A stretch of 64,000 bases of DNA, from NCBI RefSeq assembly GCF_964355755.1, contig NC_092674.1, forward strand, positions 1,922,001-1,986,000, written 5' to 3'. Every line of letters begins with the position of its first letter. The first letter of the stretch is position 1. A model generated the notes under the pieces. The model was given only the letters and a program-made list of their open reading frames with translations. It was not told the origin of the DNA and did not search any database. This DNA comes from Antedon mediterranea (Eukaryota > Animalia > Echinodermata). Shown here piece after piece: positions 22,001-37,000 of the stretch. Position numbers and translations under genes: made by a program.

Positions 22001-25000
22001 TATTTTTAAATTTACATTCACACTAAAGATGTATTAAAGGTAGCTTTTTATTAGACATCCAACAAAGATTCAACCTTTTTGATTTAGTTTAATGTGTGAA
22101 CACACCCTAAACCATTGTATGTAATTTAAGTATACATGTGTATATCTTGGGTGGGTCAAACTTTATGACTTACAGTATATGACCCTCCCCCCTCCCCCCA
22201 CATGAATACTTTATGACTTACAGTATATGACCCTCCCCCCTCCCCCCACATGAATACTTCATTGCATTTATTATCCTGTATGCATGTTATTATAATGTGG
22301 AAATAAATTAAGGTAAATTAAAATTGTGTAAACACACTCTAAACCATTGAATAATGTAATTTAAGTTGCATGTGTGAACACACCCTAAGCCATTGAATGT
22401 GTTAAACTAGTTGAAATGATTCAGCAATAATGTGAAGAAATCACTAACAACTTGTTAAGTGCTATAATTAAGTAGTCACCTGATCCATTCGGTATGGTGC
22501 CGTTCGTCACTGGTTTTGAGTAAACGCTGTTGATGGAATTGTGCAAAACACCTGCGCTGCTTGATGTGTACGCTGAATAAGAGCTGTGTACGAGAAGTAA
22601 AACCATTTAATACTTTATACATCTACGTTCCTAAAACATAATATACTTGGACTTTTCAGCAATGCATTTCACATAGTAGGAAATAATGTGGTAGTACCTT
22701 TAAGAGAGAGTTTTTTTCTTAATTAAGCTCTATCTACACTATCAAACTTTATGTGACAAAAAATGTAATGTGCCCATATATACACATAATGATGTAATAT
22801 CACAACCATATTTGGGCATATCACTACCATATTTGGGCATATCACTACCCTATTTGGGAACATCACAATTTTTTTTTCACAAGTAGTTTGTTAGTACATA
22901 GAGACTTTATAAACAGTAGGCTAAAGCTATAACAAACTTACTTCATGGTAGGATAATGCTGGTTTTTCATGATAGATCGCAGAGCAAAAAAAGCAATAAA
23001 AAACACAAACAGCAGGATGAAACTACAAACGACTCCCACTGAAATGTAGAACACTTTCATTTTCGTCAACTTGTTTTCTTCTGATAATTTATCTGAAAAA
23101 AAAGAAAAAAAATTGAAAATCAATTTTTGCCGTCTGTGTTTATTGATGCTGACTCTCATTTCCTTCAAAGCAATACTAAGTTAATGAATGTGATGTTCTA
23201 ATATCACATAACATAAATCAGTTCAACCACAGTCACATTCTGACATTGTGTTTGCTTTAAAAGTTGGCTTAATTGAAAGATCAAATTGACTAATTATTAA
23301 TAATAATGACAAAAAAGTGTATAATACCTAATTATATTGCCATCTAATACATTTTTATACCGTATATCCTTTGGTATAATCTCACCCACCTAGATCACAA
23401 AATTGGGCCTACTTTGGGGGTGGCCCAGGAAACCTTGGTTCAGGAAAAAAAAAAATGGTAAGGATTTCTTGTAAAAACTCATCTGAACTGATTATAGAGA
23501 GGCCTACATCCAGACCAAAAGTCAATACTGGGACTAAACCCGGGGAGACAGTATGCCTGTTTGTGAAATCAGATGTAAAGTAGGGGATGGGATTAGACCC
23601 GTAGTGGGATTATAACCAAGGATATATTGTAGTATTATATAGATATATTACAAGATCAGTGGGTCATTTTGTCTTCAATGCATTAACATACAAACAAAAG
23701 AGTACAAGGAAACATAATTTACTTTAGCTAAGAAAGAAGTCTTGTATTCAATGGTACTGAAACAAAATTATGTTTAAAATTACACTAAAATAATCTAAAA
23801 ACGATAATAAATATAAATGAAATTCTTTACCATTTGTAGTTGGACTGCTATCAAGTACCAAAGTGCCATTTCCTAGAAAAATAAAATATGAAAAAATGCA
23901 AATTCCTCAGTGATGTATGAAATGTACCTCCTTCAGGGTTAAGTGAACAACATGGCTAGTCCATGAACCTATAATCATCAGCAATATTTTCAAAGACAAG
24001 AGACGAAAAAAGGAAATTTAAAATCAGCATTGCCTACAAACAGCATGACTATTTAAAAGTTTCTTCAGACGAGATTAGTAAAAAAAAACAGATTTTGAAC
24101 ATAAACATTAAAGTCACATGACAACTCTTATATTGGAATGCCATACTTCCATTAAAGCTTTTAAAAACACCCATTAAACAGAAACATTTGTACAGAGCAC
24201 ATCAGCAGAAATATCTATACAATTCCTTTTGTCGGATCTTACCATATGTTTTGCAAACCGAAAGCATATTAAAAAACTTTTCCGTTCATATGACTCAAAA
24301 ATATCTTTTTATAACAGTTTAACAGAGTCACATTGTTTCAACAACCACCTTTTTGGGATCATAAATGATTTATTAGATATCATGAAATAATTTATTTGTA
24401 GCATCAGTTCAATAAATTTTAAAAACAGCAGCTGTCAGCTGTCAATTATAAAAATATGAAGAATTTTGTTATATAAGTAGATGTCTGGTTATAATAATTA
24501 TATAAATACAATTTGATGGTTGTAAATCATCGGGAATAAAGAGACAAAAGATGGAATTTGTGTTAATTGTTTGAAATCAATAAAGGAAGGAAAACGGAAT
24601 GAATGGTTTAAGGTGTTGCTTCCATAAAAAACACAATACCTTTTAAAGAGAAAACTAGCTTGCATAATTGATTGACAGGTGAAAGAAACATAGATAGTCA
24701 ATCGTGAAATTAATAGAGATTCTACTTTTGCAACAATTGGTATACAGTCTGCCTGTTCTATCTGTGATATGCCCATATATGGACATGATGATCTCATATA
24801 ACTACCGTATTTGGGAATATCACTACCATATTTGGGCACATCACATTTTTTTTGTCAAACTAGTTGGATGTAGACAGAGCTTTAGGGCCTGTTTCTGCTG
24901 AGCAGAAATAATCGATTATTAACCGTTTATTTTTTTAATCGATTATTTTTGGGCAGCAGAAACGGCGCAAAATAAAATAACCGCTTAAAAATAACCGATT

Positions 25001-28000
25001 AAAAACACTCAATCCATTGCGTGTTTTAATCGATTATTTCTTGTTTTAACCGATTATTGCGGAGCAGTTTTGAGCTGCAACACAAATAGCGATTATTGAC
25101 CTCACTTTGACCTCTAGAGTATGACAAACTTCACTTCACAAAGCATGCTGTTTATTTGCGCGATATCGACGACGATCAGCAAAACCACGATCGCGATGTA
25201 GACCGAATAACAATCAATTAATGTTAAACATTTGATTTTTATTATTTTGTGGGGTGAATTATACCGAGAGACTCCAGGATTCTGTGTTACAAGTACACCC
25301 GTTACATACCACCAGTCCAGGCTAACGATGTTTTACATTGTTTAGGCCTGTTGTCTGTTGACTTGTTTCGGTAGAAATATATAGCCTATATAGGCCGGAG
25401 GTAGAACCAACGAACGGCGAAACGTACTTTTTTCGCCGACGTGTCCTTATTAATATAACATCATTATTCTGTTGTATGTGGTACGGTAGTAGGCCTAGAT
25501 GTTTATTTTACAAATAATATAGCTTTAGGTAAGAGTAATTTTTAATCCTACATGTGAGAGTTTTAGGCAGCGATAGGATGTAAACAAACCAACTCTCATC
25601 GGCCTTTCATAACTTGAACTGCGCTGTGGGGGAATGATGACGTGATTTTAAAAACCGATTACCTGAATAACCGATTAAAGTCGTAGCAATTTTCAATTGC
25701 AACGCGATTATTTTTGTGGTTTGCGGTGACTGGAAAAAATCGATTATTTTGATTTTTTCAGCAGAAACAGACCCTTAGGAAGAAGAGAAACACTTTGTAC
25801 CAACAATTTTAGGTTCAACTTCCATCATTTTAAAAGCAATTACGTTCAGTCTATTCAGAAGGATCTATCCCAAAATGCATTTCTACATTAAAAAGCTTAA
25901 ATACAAACAAAATTGATCATCAGAACAAAATGTTTTAGATAGCCAATTTGTCAATTTTAATCTCAATTTTTCAAAGTTTTCAACATAGTCTCTTTTCATT
26001 GATATAGGATTTCAATATGTAAAAGCATCAAATGCAACAACAGTTGAGAACTACATATGAAAACTAAGTTGAATAGTTCAGAGCTGTCTAAATAGAAGAC
26101 AACTTATATTTAAATCCAACAATGTCAATTCTCACAAAGCAAATGGGTCTAACTTCATCAAAGCAATTTTAACATTTTCTCTTCAGCCTCAGGAACTGTT
26201 CTTGAAATCTATAATTTTCTAACACATTTAGTCGAGGAAATTTGAATTGCATTGAGTGATTTTCCGGTTTTTGCATAATTTATTGATAAATGCATTCATT
26301 GTTGTTGGTTTTTCCTCTATAATCCATCAGTCATGCCAAATCTGTTATCATCATCTTCTTTTTATTACTCAAAAGGTGAACTCATTTCTAACCCAGTTCC
26401 ACAGGACTGTAGTAACTTTAAATACTTAAATAAAATGGTTAGATCCGGCAGTGAGAAAAATAATCCATCTTTAACATCACTGTGATATTATTCCTGCACT
26501 ATAAAAAAGCGGCTCAGGTGGAACCTCTCTTAATTTCGGCAAATACTGTACTGTACAATGCAAAAGATATACTGTAATATTAATAGGACCGTAATAGGAC
26601 CATAATAGGACCATAATATACCAGCATCACATTATTTTTTAGTCTATGGGATTCCCATTTCAATATCCAATTTCTGGTGTGGGATGAAGACATTGTGTTA
26701 CCAAAGTGCCTCATATCATAAACAACATTTATTTTTAAAAATGAAAGCCACATCACAGTGATGTGAAGAATGAAGCATTTTTGTTGGCATCACATTTTCT
26801 TTTTTGTTCTAAAATAAATGTTAACGCTGGTAACTTACCAACTCTACATTTTTTCTCACGTTTAAAATTTAACGTGGTAACATTGTTGGTATCTGTGTAA
26901 GTTAAGTTGACTTGCATCAAGAAATTCACATTGCCAGAACTTAGGCATTCCAGATAAACTACAAATTCTGCAAAACAAAAACATTTGCTTTAAAGTTGTC
27001 TGACAAAATTATATCACATGAACATACAACCAGCAGTTAATTATGATGCAGTTAGTTTGCAGTTAAAATATTATTAAATGTAAGAATAATAATAATAAAT
27101 CAATCTATTTATTCATCTCATCAAAACAATATACATAACAAAAAGGAGAAACAATTTAAAGAAGATGAAAGGGACCTCCAAGAAACACCAATGAGCATGT
27201 AAAAGGAGGCCCATTGATGGCGTTGCTCATGGACGAAACCACTGTCTTGGAGGGGAGTTCAGGAAGAAACTTTTACTTTTCGGTTTATGTTCTCTCCTTT
27301 AAGGGGAAAAGGCCTATGTCGGGTTATCCAGGTAAGCTTATCACGTAATAGACAACTAGTTACGTTATTATAATTTAATAATAAAAAGCCTGTAGACAAA
27401 TAGATAAGATGAATTAAGATATACAAAATTATGACAAAGATGAAGAAACTAATAAAGACATTGAATACAGAAACAAATCAAGATCAATTATCTTCAACAT
27501 GACATAATACTCTGCATTGTATGCATATTATATATTGTTATCTAACAATCAAATCTATTGGAATCATACAAGACATTAAAGACCATTTCCTTGGGGAAAT
27601 CAGTTTCATAAATCTTATTATGGAAAATACCTTAATTAAGGTTGAAGACAATCTAATCAATATATAGATTTTCATATTATCCATCAAAATACATTTCTAT
27701 ACTACAATGTAGACGATTTTGCTCTTGTTACTAAGGAATACAATCAACTCTCCCAATACCGGACATCTTTTTGTGCTAGCCTAACATGTCTGGTTTTCTG
27801 GAAAGTCTGGTATTTGGAGTGTGTTTCTAATAGTAAATGAATTTGGGACCTTTTGGGCCTCAAGAAAAGTCTGATTTTTGGGTTTTCAGAGAGTTCAGAT
27901 AAAACCAAATGTTTGATCTAGGTCAAGACAAATAAAAACATTCTGGGGCTGAAACCAGCAAAAAAATTGTTGCAAGACTTTTCATTTTGTTATAAAGGTT

Positions 28001-31000
28001 CTAGTAAACGTGAAGTGCAAATGATTTTATGGCGACAACATGAACAATAATATGCCAACTGCAGGGCAAATGGCATGCTTTAAGAGTAAAAAGAAGGTAT
28101 ATTGTATTGCTGAAAATTGTAACCTTTTATCACGTTATTGACCCAGTGGTTAAGATGACAACACAGGGAATCTTCTTAATTTGTATCCTTGGGTGATACA
28201 CATTATAACATTGTATGTCACCTGGTAGGGTATCTGTGACTACCAAATTGAGATATGTTTGGTTGCTCCTAACTTTAACTACTGGAAGCAAAAGATGAAA
28301 TATCACGGCTTTTCTGTCTCAAAATGTCATTTTTTTGTAATTTTAATGCATCTATGTTTTATGCTTAGGGACTACAAAGACAAGCCACTTTGGCTTCTGT
28401 GTGTCTTGACCATAAACAATGTAAACCATCTGTTGATGTTGAATAAATGTTGTTATTATTCATGTAGAAATAACCCCAAGTTACAACATTTTAGCAAATT
28501 ATGAGTCATATAAAGTTGCGGAAATCATCCTTTTCTGATAATTTAACAGAGAATGTGACTGAAAAATATACATAGTTAACCTTACTAGAGTTACGAGTGA
28601 ATGTGATCAACAATTAGTATTAAGATAAACCTATCGTCTTAAATCGTAGTTTGTTAATGAACAACTGTAGCTAGTTTGTGAGTATCTCCATAACACGTTA
28701 ATCATCTACTGATGATTTACTGTTAGTGATTGTCTCAGCTAGTACTACACTGCCCTTCCAAAGGTTCAATGGTGAAAACCAGACTAACAAAGTAGTAAAA
28801 CTTTCAATTTCATTTGATTCATGTTTAACAAAAATGTCCTGTTTACAACTTGTAGTAAGGAGTGAAAATATCAGAGTAATAAAAAGGTCTTTGTATGGTG
28901 TGGTTTTGCTTGATTCATGTCTTCCGAAAATGTCCTGTTTATAACATGTCCTGAGGAGTGAAATAATTAGGATGGTAAAACGTCTTGTGGATTGATTTAC
29001 TTGGAAAGAAAATGGTTTACAGCAGAGATTTGGTAAATGTAGAATTTGTTGGTAAAAGATCAAAGAAGAATGAAATATTTGTTGCAAATTGTTATAATTT
29101 ATTCGGCAAGTTCTAACAAGTACTTATTTCTCAGCAGCAAGTAATATGCATGGACCAAACAGAATTACTGCTTTTATGCTATGAAATTTAGTGGGACAAG
29201 AGCAATTTTGGCAATTTTAACATACCGGTATTGAACTGTTTTTCAACGTATATTTTAAAATATGATTTTGAAAAATAGTAGAGCAGAAACAATCATTCAC
29301 ATTAAATATATTTTCTTCTCACAATAGTCTTCATAGTCAACTGTGCTGTAAGAAATGAACCAAATTTATCTGGCAATAATAATAAATGCAATACAAGAAG
29401 GTCATATGCTGCAACAACATATATTTTGAAATGATCATATAAAAGCATTCATCTCCCCTGAAGCCAGGCCTAGCACTGAAATAATAATAGCTTACGGGGA
29501 AATGAAGCACGAGTCTAAAGTAAACGATAAAATCATATCATATCGCTTCATGAAGATTACACTGATAGACCTAATAGTGTCTGTTAAAACACAAATATTA
29601 TACTAATATTGTTTATGATACTTTAGGGATTATAAATGTAAAGTACTTGTATGATCTCATCAGGTTTTAGCATTTTAACCCATAAAACACATATTCAATC
29701 ATTTTTTACACAACATTTTGTAATATTCGATTTGGGACTTTAGCATTGAGTGGTGTTTAATTTCTGTTGAATATTAAGTACAGTAAAAGCAATATGTTTA
29801 ATGTTATGTAAAATCTTGAACAAGACTGCAATAACTTTCAACATTTAAATAAAAAAGGAAATTTTCTGTTGAGAAAATAAATAAATACACCAATGTTTAA
29901 TTTTGTTAAATTTAAATATTAATAGTATGTTTAAAACATTTATTATAATTTATAAATTAGAATAATAAGTTTGATATATGACAGTATGGCTTTTTTTAAA
30001 GTTTTTTCAGTGTATTTTTGATATTAGATTTATTTTAAATCATAGAGTCTTGTTTTATTTAGCTACAGCAGATATTTGTCTGTTGCCATGTGATTGACGT
30101 GGTTAATGAGCGAATCTCAATAAATGTCAATGTAATATAATATAATTAATAAACAGTCTGAGATATAAACAAACATAGGATACACGACAAATTTACATCT
30201 ATTAACATTTAAACAACATAAAAAAACAAGCCATCCGACATTTGAACCGTGATGATGTAAAATATTAGAGTCAGTAACATAATAAAATTATGTATTTTTT
30301 CTAATTGGAAGAGATTTGTATTATTAATTGATAATGGAAATTGTCAATGACATATATTTTATTTTTATTTCATTTTATGAAAATTTTTTTAGACCAGAGA
30401 GGCCAGATAGCAACTTAGCCATTAAGGTTAGTGGCTGATTTACTGGCCTCCTCCTTAAATCTTAATTTACAAAAAAATCTAAATTTGCTTAAAATATAGT
30501 AAACAGTTGGATATCTACAGTGTTTATAACCTTTTGTAACAGTTGATTACAGAGAGATCAAAAGTATAAACGGAAACACAATATTTATTATTTATGTTTT
30601 CCTTAGAATTTGTGGTTTTTGTGATTTATTGGTAGAATTCCAGAATGAACAAAAGTTTATCTGTAAAAAATAATTTTCAAAAAAAATTGTGCAAAATTTA
30701 CAACATTTCAACTCAACCAGTGACAAGTTTAAACTCTGGCTGTTTATTTGATCTAATCTATACACCCACTGGTTTATTTTACAATTCCCATAAATTAAAA
30801 ATGTTGTGAGTAATAATAATGGTGTAGATTTATATAGTGCATCATGTCTCTTATTAGCTGGACCTCAATTGTGGAACGATCTCCCTGTTAAAATAAAATT
30901 TGTTCTGTATTTTTAATTACTATTGCTTCTAGAGCGGGCATCAATTATTATTGTCAAATAACTGAATAATTGTGTATAAATTAATGAATGAATTACACAA

Positions 31001-34000
31001 GGTAGGGGTCCCATTAAATTTATTATTTTATTTCTGAATCTCTGGTCCATAGAAAAACTATTGACAAACAGTTAAAACCTAATATCTTCAAGGGAAAAGT
31101 AGAAGAATGTTTCTTCTTTATGCATTGAGAGGATATAGTGCACCTATTGGTGACATGTTAAGTATTTATCAACTCTATATTCGGCCGCTGACTGAGTATG
31201 CATGTGTTGTTTGGCACTCTAGCATTACAAAACATCAGACCAATGAAATTGAGAGGTTGCAAAAGCGAGCATGCAAAATTATACTTGGCCAGGACTATGA
31301 GAGCTATGATACGGCCCTTACTCAACTTAAAATTACCAGCCTTGCTGAACGTAGAGAAAAATTAACATTAAAATTTGGAGAAGGTATCCTTAAGTCAGAG
31401 AGACATCGTAATATGCTGCCTGCTGAAAGACCTAATATATCTAGATTACGTAACCCCAATAGATTTACATTACCTAAAATAAAAACTAACCGATATAAAA
31501 ATTCAACGATTCCCTATATTATAAACAAATTAAATTTCTCCTGTGAAAAATTAAATTAAAAAAATATATAATAAATGATTGTGCAATATTACCGCCTAAA
31601 ATAATCAAATGAAGAGCACTGCAGACAACGTTTAATATTAATATATACTGTAAACTTTTATTTTCCGAAATTTAATATATTTTTGTAGATTTTTAATGTT
31701 GTGAATATTTTAGTGAATAATTGTGCAATGTTGCCACCTATACTAAAAGATAATAATAATAATAATCAAATAAAGAACAGTGCAGATAGGTTTTACTTTA
31801 GTATATTATAATGTAAATTTTTCGTTTTTTTTAAATAAAAGTGCAATTGTATTTTCCAAAATTGTGTATATATTTTAAGATTCTTAATATTTTAAATTTT
31901 AGTGAATAATTGTGAAATTTTGTAATTGTATATTCCGAATTTATTTTTGTAGTTTTTATAGATTTCATTTCAATATTTTTTATTGTAATACAAACGTTAT
32001 TAGCTATGTGCTATTGTTTTTGTAATTTTATATATACCGTAATAAATAAAATAAAAAAGAACTAGTTTCATGCTGTAACATAAATTTAAAAGCTATATTA
32101 ACCTTATAGATCATATCAACAACACAGTTCCAACAATATGGCACTGACAGATAATGTTAATGAAGGGTATTGCTAAGAATGAAGCCTAGGGGCAATGTGA
32201 TCAAATATGTGTACAGTTAATTGATCTAGCTTGCAAGTTTACTAATAACGTCTAATTGGCTTTATGGTATTAAAGAACGGGTTCTTTAACGCCGACTCAA
32301 TTGGGAGGAGAAAAACAACATTCACGTTCTATGTTGGTAGAGTAGACATCAATAATATTATAGTTTAAAGAAGCATAAGCTTAATATAAGGGCCTGTTCG
32401 TAGGGGTTGAAAATACCAGCTTATTCCCGATTTCCGTTCGCGTGATCCAATTAACTTTTGCCTCAGGCTACAAAAAATTCGAGGTAAAATGTTCACCAAA
32501 TTTGCAGGTTATTTCAGCGATAATCCAATTATACTCGGCCTTCGAGGATAATAAATCTCCGATAGAGGCAATGTGTAAATTTTGACAAACGTTCGCTGCC
32601 TAGGCCCGTCATTTCTCCTACGAAGCTCTTCCATACACGCTTCGAGAGCGATCGTCAGCTGGTGCTGTCCTTGTTGGTGTAGACCGCTTAGTAGGCCTAG
32701 CTGGTCGGGGAGCCGCTGGTCGGTGGTGTTTCCGTCGTGTAACATTGGGCTCAAATTCTTCGTCAATGAGTAAAATAATGGTCGTCAGGAGAAGGCATAT
32801 TTCGGCAGGATTATCGGCGTTAAGAGGCATAAGGTTTGTCGCAAGGATAAGCAGTGTAAAAGGTAGCAAGTAATTGTTATTGTAAAGAAAGATCGCGAGT
32901 AAAAAATATACAACACGAAACTAGCGTGCGAAAATGGGGTCGTAGGTTGTAAAGACAACTGACCTTAAAACGTAATTTCCGGTTTGTGATTCGTCGATTA
33001 AGCATTTAAGCGGTTAAATATTTCAAGTACGAACAACGCTCAATTTATAACCCGAGGCATGGGTGAAATTAAGCGCTTATTTTAACCACCGTACGAACAC
33101 GACCTAACATTTTTTGAAATACCAATGAAATCATATTCTACTTGAACTTAAGCTCTGTCCACACTATCAAACTTGTTTGACAAAAAAAGTGTGATATGCC
33201 CAAATATGGTAGTGATATGACATCATCATGTACATATATGAACACATCACATTTTGTTGTCACATAAAGTTTGATAGTGTAGACAGATCGAGCTTTACAA
33301 CCCTCTTTGGTCTAAAAGTAGGGGAAATCTGCCAAGCAGAAACCCCTAGTTCAAATCTTAGTTTAAGTCTTATTTTGTTAAACTTCTGCAGCCTATCTTT
33401 AAAAATTACATTTCGAGATAAAAACATGATCCAATTTAAATGAATGAATAATAGTAATAATTGACAAATAGCAACAATTAACAATAAACATTTAGCTTAA
33501 ATAAAAAAGTATGAAGAATTTAATACAAGTTACATCATAAAAATAAACTAGAGTAAATATATTCTCTGCAAGTATATTTAATAAATCAAAAATAAAAATC
33601 TTAATTGATGATGAAAATGCTGACAAGAGAGTTCAGCAAACGCCGTGAGGCAGTTTGCTAGAAAGAATCTTAAATCTGTGCTAGTTGAACATCTTATTTC
33701 TGAAGAAATCAATCAATTTAGTCAAACGGTTGAAATATTTAAAAAAAAAAAGTCATTTATCAGTTTACCTGCAATAACGAAGCAAAAAGAATCAAAGTCG
33801 GGTAAACGCTGAAATTGAATATTTATCACTTTTCTAGATCATCAAAATTTATCTTCTTTAATTCCGAAATAAATCTCTATGCACGTCTTTATTTCCGTAG
33901 TTATTGATTACTTATCTTCGTGCGACATTAACTTGCCAAATAAGATTTCAACCTAGCTTAGTTTCTTTAAAGTTTTTGAATGTATATTGTTTGAAATGAA

Positions 34001-37000
34001 GGATGTGAATGGAATAAACGCTAGAGGGTTAAAGATTACTGTAGAACTCAAATGTCATAATACGGCCTACATGTGTCGCACAGCAAAACATCATCGAGGT
34101 TTGTCATAAGAAATCCCTATATCAAAACTCATTCTTCTTATTCTAGTTTATAATTCAATTCTTATATTCATATATTCATTTATAAATTCTCATGTATAAG
34201 CTTACTGGTACAGTAGGTCTAAAAACAAAAAGCTTCTGAATAGAGAGTGTTCATTTTCCGACCCGCAACTCGTATTTTCGGACTCTCAACTCTCATTTTC
34301 CGACTCGCAACTTGCATTTTTCGACTCGCAACTCACATTTTCCTACTCGCAACTCGCAACTCGCAGAAAAGAAACCCTCCTGAACAGAATGGTTTACAGT
34401 ATTTGCAGTTAAAAGGGGAGATTTGTGTTTTAATGTATAACTGCAACATTGGTGTCAACCTCTAAAACATGCCAAGCACTAAAATGTTTTCAAATTTTAA
34501 GCTCTGTCTACACTATCAAACTAGTTTGACAAAAAATGTGTGATGTGCCTAAGGTAGTGATATGTCCAAATATTACAGTACATCATCATGATTGTCCATA
34601 AATGGGCACATCAAAATGTCACAATAAAGTTTGATAGTGTAGCTTTAGACACAGTTTTAGCTGCTATTTTACAGTAAAGTTGTATTGGATCTATAGCATG
34701 GAAAGAAACTTCCTGTCAATGTACTTCACTCTTATTGTTTCAAGTTATTTATCTAATTCTCAACTAAACTATTGTACTTTATTATTTAATGAGTCCTTAC
34801 TCTATATTGACTCTCATCAACAAGCAATATTAAGGATAACATTGTACTACAGAATATAGGACCTAAAATAGTACTAAGTTTAAATTAATGTTAACACGAA
34901 TATACATTACTTCATTATGATGTACTTAATATAATTTGTAATTAATTGCAGTCGTTATTTGCGTTTATATCGCACGTTTCTTTAATATTGACATAGGAAG
35001 AAACTACAGTAGATAGAACAACAAAACATCTATAATATTCTGTAAAGATAACATTACAGTAATGATCTAGCAATATCCCAAATACACATGTAGGCCAAAC
35101 AACTAAAGGTGTTTATTTTATTATTTAGACTACTCATTTAGCTAAACAGAAATAAAGAATGTGCTCTAAAAATGGAGATATGAGACGGAAACATCAACAT
35201 AAAAAAAAAATATTCACTCAACCATAATAAATGATTAACAAATTCCCATTTCCTACAAAAATAAAGATGTGCTCAAAAAGGGGTATAAAACGGAGATATC
35301 GGCGTTTTTGTTAAGTAAGATAGTTAGGCTACTCAATGTTACTTAAGTATTAACAAATTCTTATTTCATAAACTGGGTCAAAATTGAACCTTGGACCTTG
35401 GGATTGAAAGGCGCATGTTAATATTAAACGGCATCAAACATATCAGGGCCGTCTGCACTCAACGCACCCCCCCCCCCCCCAAGTCCCAAAAGGTCCACTA
35501 TTTCCTTTGTTGTTATTTTTTCTTGTCTTATTTAAATAGCTTAGCGCTTCATGTACGCGGTACGCGGTAAAGTGTTTGCTGGAAATACAGACAACTTAAC
35601 CGGCGGTAAAGACGTGTCTGGAAATACAGACACTATCGAATACGGCGCCTAAACAAGGGAAGGAAGGCCAACGACGCTGTCTGAGTTGGCCTTTAAACAT
35701 CATGAAAGCGTTAAGTTCTGGTGTCCATCGTTCAACTAGCCCAAGCCACAACAGAGTCTTAAATCAGTCTTTAGAACGCCGACTCGCTCCTAGTTCTGGT
35801 GGTGGAACAAGTCTTCTCGGATAAGGACTATAAACCGTAGGTCCAGTGTACACAGTTATAACCTGTGTGTACTTTAAAGAACCCAGTTCATTATTCGAAA
35901 AAGAGTAGGGGGTTACCCCGGTGAACTGGTTCACACAATAGCCCCTGTATCAGGGGGATTACCACCTATCTGATAGGACAGTGATTAATTCACTATTGGT
36001 AATCCTTGGCCACATTGCCTAAAGACATAAAATAAAATAAATAAAATAAATAACGCAAATTTTGCCGGGGCCTTCGGCCCCTGGACCCCCAGCCATTGTT
36101 GCTCGCTTCGCTCGCACCCCCCAATTATAAATTCTGCATACGGGCCTGCATATACTGTATTTCCTTATATATTGATTCATGTCATTCACTTCACTGCGCC
36201 CGACAAAAAATACTCAAAATTAATAAACATAATGTTCTACCTAAGCCTATGAAAGATTGTGCATTAGTTAGAGCAACATAGATTTGACTTTAGTTTCACC
36301 AGAATTAGTTCATTATTCAGCAAAATAAAAACACTTTAAAGCTGCAACAGCATAAGCTGAATATAATCCCTACATATCAGCTGAATATAATCTCTACATA
36401 TCAGCTTATAATCATTTTATCCTACACAACAAAACCAATCACTTTAAAAAGAAACGCATAAACTTGATCCTTATCAATTTTACAAGCATTTTGAAAATAA
36501 AAATTATTGATGTCTTTCCCCGAGGCCATCTTGAAACGACTCAGCCCTCAAAAGTTAGCTTAACATTGCCCATTAAAGTTGATCTGAATCTTATTACTCA
36601 CACAAAGTTATACTAAAAATATATTATGATATTGCTAATAATATACCACATAAATCTGCAAAATGGTACTAAGCTAGTTTGACGAAACATCAATCAAAAT
36701 AGTGACTAAACTATGAAGAAAAGAGGATAGATAAAAAAGAGATAGAGATTATAGAAAATACATGACATTTTCTCCTACCTGAAAGTCGTTACAGAAAAGC
36801 AGGTCGAAACTATATTATTTTTCCTTTTCAAAATTGTCTATTTTACTTTACTGACTATCATCAAACCCTACTGTTTGATTACTAAACAGGTTAATTCATT
36901 TTACATTAGTTTTTAATGGCTGCCATTTACTTTGTATCCTGAAGAGCCCACATACAAATTATCTACTTTGTTGTGTGTCATTACGCAGACTTCAAACAAA

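Noticed and set aside
24498-24839. ORFs starting MPKYGSD (also 1889-2077 and others)
   Set aside because: Produced by the internal 21-bp unit of MITE family A; not a gene family.
28698-29087. 129-aa ORF with repeated CKQDIF..HES
   Set aside because: Arises from a diverged duplication of about 100 bp; no recognisable domain and no fit to RYK exon phases or sequence.
30850-30900. GPQLWNDLP peptide
   Set aside because: Resembles a CR1/L2 ORF2 tail motif but is too short to delimit as an element.
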